DNA from: Lytechinus pictus
Lineage: Eukaryota
Reading direction: 5' to 3'
DNA: 64,000 nt
Assembly: GCF_037042905.1 (NCBI RefSeq)
Contig: NC_087251.1
Location: 33,544,001-33,608,000 of the forward strand
Shown here: piece after piece, positions 13,701 to 25,130 of the stretch
Position numbering within the stretch: the first letter of the stretch is position 1
Layout of the letters: every line of letters starts with the position of its first letter
Notes under the pieces: generated by a model
Databases searched by the model: none
The model's input: the letters and a program-made list of their open reading frames with translations, nothing else
Told to the model about the DNA's origin: nothing
Program-made: the position numbers and the translations under genes

Positions 13701-14698
13701 CTATTGACTTCTGCACAATCATAAATCAGTCAGCTCAATGCCGAAAAGGAAATAAATTTATCCGTCTGACGCACCTGTATTCTAAGTAGTACTATTTAGA
13801 CGCTGGGAATAAAGAAAGGCGTTGAATTGGATCAGAGAGGTATATAATCTTATTAAGATCTTATCACTGTAAATCATTCCCACCTGTAAAGAAATCTACC
13901 TTCCAATGAATACCGCAGAAGTCAAAAGGAAGAAAGAAAAGATTTTTTTTTACCCAAGTTGCCGCCATTAATAGCATCATATATCAAATCCCTTTTCATC
14001 GCAGGCTGACAGCTTCTGCAAAGCACCAAAAATGCTTTATGATTATTCCCCAGGAATAATAGCAAAAAGTCTGTGACATTTCGGTTAAAATGACATATTA
14101 GCAAGTGCGCCGAGGTAACCCGGTGGCCCTACCGTAAAGGGGGGCACCTGTACTTCTATAAGAAGGAGGCCCTTGCTCTGTGAACTTTGTTCCTCCCGCC
14201 CATTCAGCAGCAGCCAGGTGAGACCGATACACTTCCAATCAACTAAATACCTCTCATTTTCTGTGTGACTAGTGCCAAAGAAAAACCAGGGCTACATCAA
14301 ACAAATATTTGGATTTTGAATGCGCAATTGTCCGCTGAGCCGAAGACTGAGCAGGTTCCATGACTGGTCTAGTTGTAAGAGAGAGAGAAAGAGAGCTACA
14401 GAGAACAAAAGAGGTGCGAAAGATACATGTTAACTGAATGCAAGCTGCACATGACCTAGAGAGGTGCTGTGTTAGGGACACCTCTTGTATGGCTAAAGGT
14501 GATGCAGCATTTAGCTAAACTTACATCAGTTTAGACAAGAGGCTCTCAAAAACTAATATTCCTCATAATCAAGAAGTATTCAAAATCGTATATCCTGCAA
14601 TTTGTCTCAATAATTCAGAATTCATTACAAATTCTAATTCATATAGATCATTTAAAATTTCTTGTGCAAATCTTGAAGTGCCATAGTCAAAGAAGACT

Positions 14699-14739
14699 GA
14701 CTAACCATAGACATACCACCTTGAGGTCTCTGGTCGAAC
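14699..14739. mobile_element. Degenerate P-like transposon footprint
   Basis: GACTAAC + CATAGAC...GTCTCTG (27 bp) + GTCGAAC; direct repeat matches 5 of 7. Confidence 0.4.
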
Positions 14740-15778
14740 CACCTTGAAAATTGTTTCATTCAGTCTGCAGCACCACGTCCAATGAAAGAAACAAACAAAA
14801 TATCTCCCAATTGTGTAATATTATTGCGATAATTATGACATAATAACCTCTTTCCCAGGATAAACTTTTCGGCAATCCAAAATATTTGGTTCAGCAAAAA
14901 TATTCATATTGGCAAAAAAGATCTTTAATCCGACCAAAATCCGGATGGGAACGCAGTTTGGATGGCCCAAACTTGGGGCAAGGAAGTGTTTCAAGCCTCT
15001 TTGTATCCCTTTTCATCTCTCTTTCACTTTATATCTATCTCCCATGTGTTCCCCATATCAATCTCTCTGTCTGGCTGACTTTGTGTTTTCTCTACCTTGT
15101 CTCTCACCCCTTCCCTCTCTCCCTTCTAAACTGTTCATCTGTCTGTTCATCTTATTCAGCTTCTCTCCATTCCTCTATCCAGTATTCATCTCTCTCTCTC
15201 TCTCTCTCATTGGTATTGTTCTCTCTCCTGCCCAACTTCCATTCATTTCTCCTTTCATGTCTTTCTCTCTCGATCTATAACTCTCACATGGTAGCGAGCA
15301 ACCGAAGGCCATTGTCACGGCAAAGCCCACGACTGTCAAAGCAAGCCAGGGGATCATCCATTCACAGCAACGCCACGCTCTCCTATCGATGAGGTGTTAA
15401 TAAAAACCCATGGAGGTGACACCCGTCCAAGCTCTGACGATACCTTTGCTTGTACACTCCAAGGCCATGCCCTGTCTCTGTTATTAATTTCCATTCATAG
15501 AAATATGGAAGGTAAAAGAATAGTACGACCGCAGGAGTTATGAAAACATGTAGTGATCCACCCATATCAACATCTATTGTCATGAATGATATATATTTTT
15601 GGTTAATATTAATTGTTACCCTTGGGTTTTGTTTCTTTCTAAGGAATATGAATATAGATATTAGGTGAGTAAGACACAGTTGAGGTGTTAGTGTGTTATT
15701 CAATGACGAAACAAATATTTTGATCAGGTAGGCGATATAGAAACACTATCCATAATTCTTGTTCAAAGAATTTTGTTC

Positions 15779-16098
15779 GTCATCTTCATCATTGCTATCA
15801 CCACCATTATCATCATCATCATCATCACTATCATCATCCCCATCATCATCATCATCATCACCATCATCATCACCACCACCACCACCATCATCATCACCAC
15901 CACCATCATCATCATCATCATCACCTTCATCATCACCACCACCACCACCATCATTAACGTCATCATTATTGTCATCATTACCATCCCCACCACTACCACT
16001 ATCATCACCATTATTGCCATCACCATCACTGCAATCACCATCAACATCACTGTCATTGTCGTCATCATCATCCCCACCACCATCACCATCACCACCAT
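15779..16098. repeat. Compound (CAT/CAC)n trinucleotide microsatellite
   Basis: Direct reading. Explains the four overlapping low-complexity ORFs here. Confidence 0.95.
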
Positions 16099-17223
16099 GA
16101 AGTAGTGACTGACACATGTATATATTTAGTCTGAACCATGATTTTTTTTTAATATCTGTATCAATTAATTTTGACTACAAATTGCATTAGTTTTAATCAG
16201 ATAAAAAAAAAAATCATAATTAGTCATGTTTTTTGTGATAGGATAATAACATTTGGCAATATCCAATATGTCACCATTTTCAATACAATTAGTAAGAAAT
16301 CTGTTTTACTTCAATTTTCAAGGCTGTAAGTGAACTATAAAATGTTGATTATTGGGTGCAGTTGCAAGTGCATGCTGTAAAGAGTTTGTATCAATCCCTA
16401 GTTATGAATATATACATGACAATAAAGATAGACTAGAGAAGCCTGATATGTATCTCCAGTGGTTCTGCTGTAAGCAGGAAACATGAATTGATCAAGCGTA
16501 TTCTATTTCATAATGTTTGCTCATTCGATACCCACAAAAGATTACTCATGGAACAACAGATTTTTTACTCCACTAAAAACAGCTCTCGGGAGGGCTTCAA
16601 ACTTTGGTAAATGTAACAGTAGTGAGACAATTTGAATACTATTTTAAGGGTGCAGCAAAGAAAATAACAGAGTGGAAGAAAGCAATGTGGCTTCTGAATT
16701 GCTACTTCAGCTCCCGAAATATGTTGTTTCAATTCATCTTCATGTTATGACAATAGTTTGAAATTGAAATGCTTTTTGCTGGTGAAACAAACATTTTCAT
16801 TTCACATTTAAGGATTTACAAAAATAGATCTCATACAATTGGGTAATTGCAGAAAAGGGTAAGGTAATACAAACTCTCTCTCCAGAATTCCTCCTTTCAA
16901 TTGCACAAAATAAGACATTTGATAGGGAATGATTGTATATTTTCCACTGAAAAAAATCATTGTGATCTAGAAAGACAGATAGCTTGATACATAGAAATTA
17001 AAGCAACAAATTCCAAAGAAAATTACTTTTATGCATTGGGGGGGAGACAATTAAAAAAAAAAATTGATTCAAAAATTTATTAAACATACAAAAATAATCT
17101 GAGAAGGCTCACCAGATTGCATCAGATCGAACTCAAAGGACAAGTCATGAGCAAAAGTTCATTGTTTTGTTTCGTTTAAAAAACATTTGAAATTTGTTGT
17201 ATACCCCATTATCTTAACAATGA

Positions 17224-17255
17224 GTGATAGCATGGACCAAGGTCCATGGTGATAG
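17224..17255. mobile_element. P-like transposon footprint: 18-bp palindrome with 7-bp TSD
   Basis: GTGATAG + CATGGACCAAGGTCCATG + GTGATAG. Confidence 0.7.
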
Positions 17256-17363
17256 AGACCGCTTTGACATCCATGTTCAAGACAAATGCCAATGAAGTGG
17301 GAGAACCTTCATGTGTTATGGTGCTAAGGGGCCTTCGGGAAGTTTAAATATGAAAATACTTAC

Positions 17364-17450
17364 CTGATTTTCTCATTTAGGAGATAACTGGATGTATCTA
17401 TTTTATTTGCTAGTTTATTGTCAATTAAAACAATGACAAAAAATTTGTTC
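17364..17450 (-). other. Candidate 87-nt internal exon
   Basis: Minus strand: tttctctattcatttataattatacAG acceptor and consensus CAG|GTAAGT donor. One frame is open (NKFFVIVLIDNKLANKIDTSSYLLNEKI). Very AT-rich, so it may be cryptic. Confidence 0.25.
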
Positions 17451-18005
17451 CTGTATAATTATAAATGAATAGAGAAATTGCTTTGCATTTTGACACATAT
17501 AGGCCTGCATCTGTATCCTTTGTTCGTTGGGGGGGGGGCTGTAAAATTTAAATAAACAACACATTGGTCCCCCCCACCAACCCACTGTCCACAGCCCCAC
17601 TCTTACTCCCAATCACCTCTTTATAATCCTCCATCACCCCTATGCCCCAGTACCCTTCCTCCTACTGTCTTCCTCTGTCTCTATGCATCATAACCTGTCT
17701 TGGCTGAGATCTGTCTGAACGGGGAAAGCCTTGTTTGGTGCTGTCAGCACTCAAATTGTCCCAATTTCCTGTCACAGGACCCGAGCTGATTGGGCTATAT
17801 AAACTGTTTCATCTTGACGGGCGAGAGACACGGCTAACCCATCCCTCGCCAAGTCCTGTCCACCCCCATGCCAAAAGCCATTTGCAAGTCACAGAAAGAT
17901 AATGCTCCTTGACTTGATTCTTACTACAGTAAGCTGTACTGACAGGCAGAGGCCTAACCCAATTCATGTCACCCCATCCACATTAAAAAAACCTAATAAT
18001 AAAAA

Positions 18006-18220
18006 TGAATAGATGAGTGAATGAATAAATGAATGAATGAATAAATAAATGAATAAATAGATAAATAATTTAATAAATAAATAATTAAATAAATATTGAG
18101 TGAATGAATGAATCAATAAATGAAGGAATTAATAAATGAGTGAATGAATGAATGAATAAATAAATAAATAAATGAATTTATTAATAAATATATAAATATT
18201 AAATGAATGAATAAATAAAT
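18006..18220. repeat. (TGAA/TAAA)n tetranucleotide microsatellite
   Basis: Direct reading. Confidence 0.9.
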
Positions 18221-21200
18221 ACAGCAACTGATGAAGAACAGAGTATCCTTGCATCTGACACCCTCTTCTCTTTCATCTTGTGAAACACAAAGTGGAGCCC
18301 TAAACAAGTGTAAAAGTAACAACTAAAGGTGTTGCATTAACACCCATATGTGTTGAATTAACACTGGAGTAAAACAACTGGTGTACACCAATCTACGTAA
18401 CAATTTTTGCTGAGAAGAATCAATTCACTTGAACTGCTGCCTCCAATTTCCATTTTTCTTAGGAACCCTTCCATCTGAGAGCTGCGTGAACTCTGTCCTA
18501 CAAATCAACCTGAGCATTTATCCATTTCATATCTGCGTGTCGATAAAGCTCTGACAAACTACCGCTGCATTCACACATTCTCCCGGTGATGCTAAAATCT
18601 TTTGTTACGTACCAATCAGCAGAATTAAACACCCCACTAAAATGCATAGAGGAGAAAGGGAGAAGATACTAATGACGGAAGAAATATGGGCCCATCCACG
18701 GGATGAAAGTAGATATTACCGAGCTCTCGGGAGACTTGTGTAAGTCGTAAAGTGCGCAGTAGCACTTTTCAAACTTCACCCATACGACCCAACCTCACAA
18801 ATCACATCATGGTAGAAGTCATTCTCACCATTTTCTTCGTGCCTGGGCCATTTCATCATCTCTTTAAATCTTCAGGTTATTATTTTGTATTCCTTTCGAG
18901 GTATTTTATTATCTCTCACTCTATCTCTCATCCCTTTCTCTACGTTCACATTCCCCTCCATTACGCATTTCTCTATTTCTTCCCCACTTGTTTCTGTTTT
19001 ACCTTCAATACATCCAATCTGCTCATGTAGATAGAAATTCTACAATGTGTCAAGATTTCTCATTGTGGGTCTTTTTTTTCCAGTACAGATGTATCTATTC
19101 TTTCAAATTTCCTGTCTTCTTTCTCAATAATTTTTTGCCCCAATATTTCCCAAAGCTTCTTATTTTTCCCATCCATTCAGATCCTTCACTCTTACTCACA
19201 TCACTGTACGTATACTTTTTTCTCTCTAACTTATGGACCGAAAATCATCCATTTTACAAGCACTGCCTCTATACCTGAACTAAGTTTCTTTCTTTTTTTA
19301 TTCTTTCAATACCTTTTCATATGCCATTAACCTCACTCAACTGGTACAAAAAAAGTTCCTTCGGAAAAACAATCGCTATTATTTATGGGTCTTTTGTGAC
19401 CTCTGATCCTTTCATTTTCATTTACAACATATTCACAATATTTCAACATTTGATCCTTCACCTCCTAGAACCGTTTTTATTTTCATTGCAAGGGTAGCAG
19501 ATGAATGATAGGTAAAAGAATATCTAACAGGCAATGATCCAAGAAAAACTTCACCTGTTTTCCCATCAATCTTCTAAAAGAAGATGATGTTGTCATGGCA
19601 ACAGAGTAAAGCTGAATTGTTAAAACTAAACAATCATGAAAAAACATCAGGGGAAACTTAGATCATAACAAACCCATCTTTCTAATCACAATGACTATCA
19701 ATGCAAGCAATATTCTCATGGCTTTATATAGTTTTCTCTAATTTATGCATAATACTTTAAAGCTCTTCATTATTCACAGAATGGAATATAGAATATTTCA
19801 TAATAGCTTCAAGGGATATATGATCTACTGATACTAGAAATAATATTTTCCCCAAGGACTAAGGGTTTCAAAAATACTGTCCAGAAGCAGAGTCTGAAAA
19901 TATCCCCCATCATTAACAACGCATCAATCAAATTTGTGCTAACAGGACATTGGCTTTTGCAAAGGATTTAGGATCCAGTCAGGGGGGGGGGGGAAACTAT
20001 TTCTTTAAATATTTCACTTAAAAAAACAATTACTAACATTCACTTTAAAAATGTCAAATATCCACCTATCTTTCGCTTACTAAAACACATGTACTTCCCA
20101 AGAAAGAGGAATATTCTTAGAAGACTTCATAACATGATCCTTAAAGTAATCTTTTTTACCTGGCTAAATATAGGCCTATATATTCCTACTCTTCCTTCAT
20201 AGCCTTGGTGAAATATGAGTGGAGAAGGCCATTACAATTACATTATCCTGCTGGTAGATATCCACAGCTTGTATGTGGTTGCAGTGGTCAAAGCACGAGA
20301 CCTGAGAGCACCTGATTACCTTTATTTTTTCATATTTCCTTTTCATACATGTTTGGTCAATAGTCACCAAATATGTTAATAATTATGTGTTATATAAAAC
20401 CAATACCACGATAACCGGAAGTTGTAAGATAAAAAGATGGCCCTTGTTCCTTGAATAGATGTCTTTTCATTTATGTATATAGCGAAAACCACATGATCAT
20501 AATCAGACATTAGAAGTGGATTTTAGAAGGACCAAGTTTTGAAACTCAATCAATTGTACCTTCTTATAATATCATATTAGACCATATTTTTCTATTTTGA
20601 AGTGGGATCGTGGTAAAAACATGTTGAATATTATATCTTTAAAAGTGCGGAAGGGTAGAATAATCCATCTACCTACCCCCTTGAATTATGATGTCACACT
20701 TTCCCCCTAATGACCATTCTCATTTCAGCTCCTGCGCCATTAATCTGTTAAAATGGGGGTTTTCTACACTAAACCCTCAACCATGCCTCCATTTGTCTAG
20801 CCCTCAGAGAATAAAGGCTCTCTCACGATACAAAAGTTTGCTTTCAAAATTTCATATCTGAAAGGAATTTGACAGGTGATTGGTAATATTACTTAATGTA
20901 CATTATACACTGGTGAAGATAAAAGACTGCAGACGTATCATGCACTTTATTTCCCCAAAGGGTGTCATACGGTAATTAGGATTTGTGCCCTCTATTGTGC
21001 TTGCTCCAATGGTTTTTCTTACGTACTCTTTGTTTGTTTTTTCTATAAATAATGAAAAGTTGCATAAGTAAATTGCCCCTCCCTCACAACCAAATCACAC
21101 AGGGCTTTTACACTGTTAGGAAATTAAAGATTAAACAGAGTAGAATTTAGCACAAAAAAATGAAAAAACAAGAAAGTATATGGGGAAAAAAATCACTATA

Positions 21201-21758
21201 TGCTGATGAAAACCCTTATTGAACTTCATCAAAACTTTCCCAATTAGTTAAGTCCTTTTGACTTTCATCATAGGGCAAGGTGAATACATCTGGCTTTTCA
21301 AACAGGAGCAAAATATACCAGTTTTTAGATTCCTCTCTCCCTCTCTCTCAATTTTTCATGAATGAATGAGCATCAGCATGTATTTAAGTGTTGGCACTCT
21401 CTCACCAATTACCCCCACGCCGGCCCGCTAATGAGCGCACACCACCTTCACAGCGCTTCCACACACCTCCGAGAGTGGATGGGAAGGTGCTCTCCCCATC
21501 ACCCTCTTAACATCACCGTGGTAACCATCATCAACTCAGTGGAAGACGGTAAGAAGTGGGATGGGGCACACCATGACCACCCTTTTGGTCCCTAGGAAGA
21601 AACTAGGGATGAGAAGTCAAGCATGTCCATCAAAAATCTTGACTTAGAATAGTAGGCCTATATATTCCATGGAACTAAGAAGTCAAGTCTATCTATCAAA
21701 TCTGGAATTGGAATTACATTGTATTTGTATCGTATCTTATGAAAAGGTGTTAAATTGG

Positions 21759-22104
21759 AAGCATCGTGGTGTAGCGGCTCTGACTCTAGCCTTACAATCA
21801 GAGGGTTGTGTGTTCAAATCCCACCATGGCCTTGCGTCCTTTGGAGAGGCATCAATCCATGCTTTGCCGCTATCCACCCAGGTGTTCAATGGGCACCCGG
21901 TAGGATGCGAAAGCCTATGTAGTATGCCTAGCAAATGAGTCTTGGAACTCTTGTTGAATGCTCCCCAGGAAGTGGAGAAAATGCATACATTGTGTGTAGG
22001 CATGCGAGGATCCAATGACCACAGACATAATATATATGTAAAGCGCTTCAAGATGTTGTTCCGATGTATGAAGTACCACATAAAAGCGGAATATTATTAT
22101 TTTA
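21759..22104 (+). mobile_element. Full-length tRNA-derived SINE family B with L2-like tail
   Basis: A box TGGTGTAGCGG, B box GTTCAAATCCC, central CCACCCAGGTGTTCAATGGGCACC domain, tail TGTAAAGCGCTT...(TAT)n. Confidence 0.9.
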
Positions 22105-22321
22105 TAAATGGAATATATTATTATTTAAGTTATAATTACTATTTCATTATAATATTTTTTCAATAGGAAATAATGGTATTATTACCTTAAAATAGATCAT
22201 ATATAAGGGTTTTATGATTCTGTCCATTAAAATCTTAAAAGGAAAGGTACATAGGTCAATATTTTTTTTCCTAAGGCCCTATGGTCAAATAAAAAAATTA
22301 TATACCAATACATTGAGGGTG

Positions 22322-22356
22322 CTGTAACCATGGACCTACTAGGTCCATGCTGTAAC
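22322..22356. mobile_element. P-like transposon footprint: 21-bp palindrome with 7-bp TSD
   Basis: CTGTAAC + CATGGACCTACTAGGTCCATG + CTGTAAC. Confidence 0.7.
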
Positions 22357-22808
22357 TAAGATAGAATATTGTTTTATTTACTCAGGGCAGCCATTTGAGT
22401 TATAAATCTGCTCTACCTGTAAGGCCTGATAGAATAATGCTCAGTTTTGTTTTAATGCAAGATATTTCAAGCATTTTAAACCTTTGTTTCAATTCTTGCA
22501 ATCACTTTTGACTTTGTTGCCTACACTCTTTTACTTCTAGAGATGTGCAAATCTTGAAGATTTCTTCAAATCAAAAGCACCCATCAAAAAAAAAAACCCA
22601 ATAAGAACAGGAGGCAGCTAGAAATTTCCTTTTTCCTGTAAGCCGTCAAGATATGTTCATGGTGAGTAATAAAACATTTACCGAGAGGTTCATAATTGGC
22701 TGCAAACCGGTCAGCGGGCGGGCGGTTAGATAACACGTGGCCTTGAAACAGACATGCAAGCCTGCACCTGACATGAAACAGGATTGCCTCCCCATTATAG
22801 AGTTCCTG

Positions 22809-23291
22809 GGGAGCATATCATGAAGCAAAATATTCAGTAAATTTTCACTGACAAATATGCTTTTCACACTACTTTTTTTTCCTTAACCCCGGGAAATTGG
22901 TGGGGCTAAGAGATGCAGTGTGAAACGAAACTGGGCTAAGGAAAAGTGGGGCTAAGCAATAGCCAATCACAGAAGTCAAAATTGCATGTTATTCACGCTC
23001 TTTATGGTAAAATCATCAATATTCATGAGCTGTGGGATAGTCCGGGGGTTAAGGCGTTAACCCCGGCTAAGCAGATAGTATGGGGTTAAGACAGTGTGAA
23101 TCCAAAAAAGATAGTATGGGGTTAAGGATAATCCGGGGTTAAGGATAGTATGGGCCGGGGTTAAGGAAATGCAATGTGAAAAGCATATAAGTGACTATTG
23201 TTATAAGCTTCCAAAATCCTTGCATCTGATTGGCTCAGAGCAAATTTATGAGTGAAAAATCAATGACGATGTGTTTCATGAAACACACCCT
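22809..23291. mobile_element. Old Harbinger-like MITE (host of a nested MITE)
   Basis: CTG|GGGAGCATATCATGAAGCA ... TGTTTCATGAAACACACCC. The core AAATCCTTGCATCTGATTGGCT is shared with about 36075-36200. Confidence 0.55.
22858..23185. mobile_element. MITE with TGCTTTTCACA TIRs and repeated GGGG(T/C)TAAG motifs
   Basis: TIRs ATGCTTTTCACACT / ATGTGAAAAGCAT, TA on both sides (exact TSD ambiguous), about ten GGGYTAAG motifs. Confidence 0.8.
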
Positions 23292-25099
23292 TTGATTAGT
23301 CTATCGATATCTGGGAATTAAAAAATGCATATGAAACATAAAAAAGATAAAATGATCTAGAATTTGAGGGCAATCGAACGTGATAGAATTAATTAAGCGA
23401 TAAAGAATAATTTGTGCTCTCGCAATCATTATCCTTCTGATCGTGAACAATGGTGATTATTAAATCATGGGAGAAATTGAACGGTGTTCCACTCCACACG
23501 TAGCAGAGTGTGAAAAATATAATTACACGCATATATCTCAAGTTCTTTAATACTCTCATGACTACAGCCCTAAATTCTCTTGGTTTCATTCAACAGGGTA
23601 TCTGGGCAGGCAGCACTCACAGGGTTAACGCTACCATTATCAAGCGCAACACCTCTGGTAGTGAAGCGGCTTTAATTCCCCTACCCTATAAAATCAATCT
23701 ATTGATTAAACTACTCTTTTTTCATTTCATTCATAACAAGGTGAGTTCACACCTCACCAAATTCATGAAAATTTTTGAGGTTTAAAATAAAATGCATCTC
23801 TTTAACTATTTTTTCAGTTTCACTGATTATGAATATTATTGAAGAAAATAACAAATTCTAGCGCATGTGCTTCAGATACAGAATGCAGAAATACAAGTAG
23901 TCTGAAATTTGGTGTTGTTTCCAAAACCTTAAAATTAACAATTACATACTTTCCTTCATTTTCAAACTCAGACAAAACAAAACCACAAACCCACAAATGT
24001 TGCATTTTTGTTGAAAGTGATACTGAGAATGGTAATGGAAAACTAGTAGTACGACAAAACATTTTTTTTTCTTAAAATATTTTACCAGTGCTCACTTCCT
24101 TCTGAAATAAGAATGACTTGGAACAAGAAACCTTGAGAATTAATTGGTTTTTAGCATTTCAACTACCACATAAGAGGTTCTAAAGAATATACCAATTGTT
24201 TTCTTGCTTAAAAAATGAATTCATCACTTGGAAATGACTTTACTTGTAAGCAAATTACAAATGATATAATAATTTCATTATGTTTTTCCTCTCCATTTAA
24301 TTGAACATTCATTTTACATCTCTTGATTGTTATTTTAAATGTTAAACATTTCATTTCTTATTTTTTATATGAAATCTTAATTGAACATAATTATTCAACT
24401 TTCATACCATTCTATTCACAAAACTACACCAACGATTGATAGAAAAAAGGAGATAACATAAAATGGAGAATGGAAGATTTGTGCTAAATTTAAATAGCAA
24501 TGTAACCCACTCACAGAGGTGATTAATCCTTTTACATCCATCGAAATAAGTTTTATTCGTTCTTCCTAAATCTTAGTCTCATTTAAGTTTTTGTGTGTAT
24601 GAGTGTACATCTGTAGACCTGTCTGTTACTCTCTCTCTCTCTCTCTCTCTTTCTATCTCCAACTTTCAGAACCCCCTTCCCCAAAACTCACTTCTTTCAT
24701 AACTCAAAATTCCAACCTACATTATAATAAAGCCAACGGCTGGACAGAGTGACCTAAGTAAGAAAAAAATTGGGGGGTGGTGCGGAAGCAATATTTCTAG
24801 AAATAATATACGAGGCTTGGGGTCAAAGGTCAAGAACATAGCTTGAAGATACAGTGTTTTAAGTGAGAGTGAACTTTGTTAGAAAGGTGGGTCTGTCATT
24901 AAACTCTCTGTTGTTATAGCAAGCATTTCGCTAGGGAGTGGGAAATCTCTTTCCAAGTTCAGGATCGGAAGATCGCTAGCAGCAACGGGTTGAGAGGTTT
25001 CTTGCCGAGATTAGAGAGGATTTTCTGAGGTTGCTGCTCTCCTTAAAATGTTATAATGTGAACTCTGGAGACATGGCCTTCTTTTACATTGATATCCTT

Positions 25100-25130
<31 letters not shown>

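Noticed and set aside
15746..16117. Asp/Gly-, Ser/Pro- and Ile/Thr-rich ORFs
   Set aside because: All are translations of one CAT/CAC microsatellite; the same applies at 45552-45856.
23700..23746. Plus-strand fused AAG|GTGAGT after a pyrimidine tract
   Set aside because: AAG is a weak acceptor, there is no clear branch consensus, and it is opposite to the other splice signals. It would matter only if the host gene is on plus.
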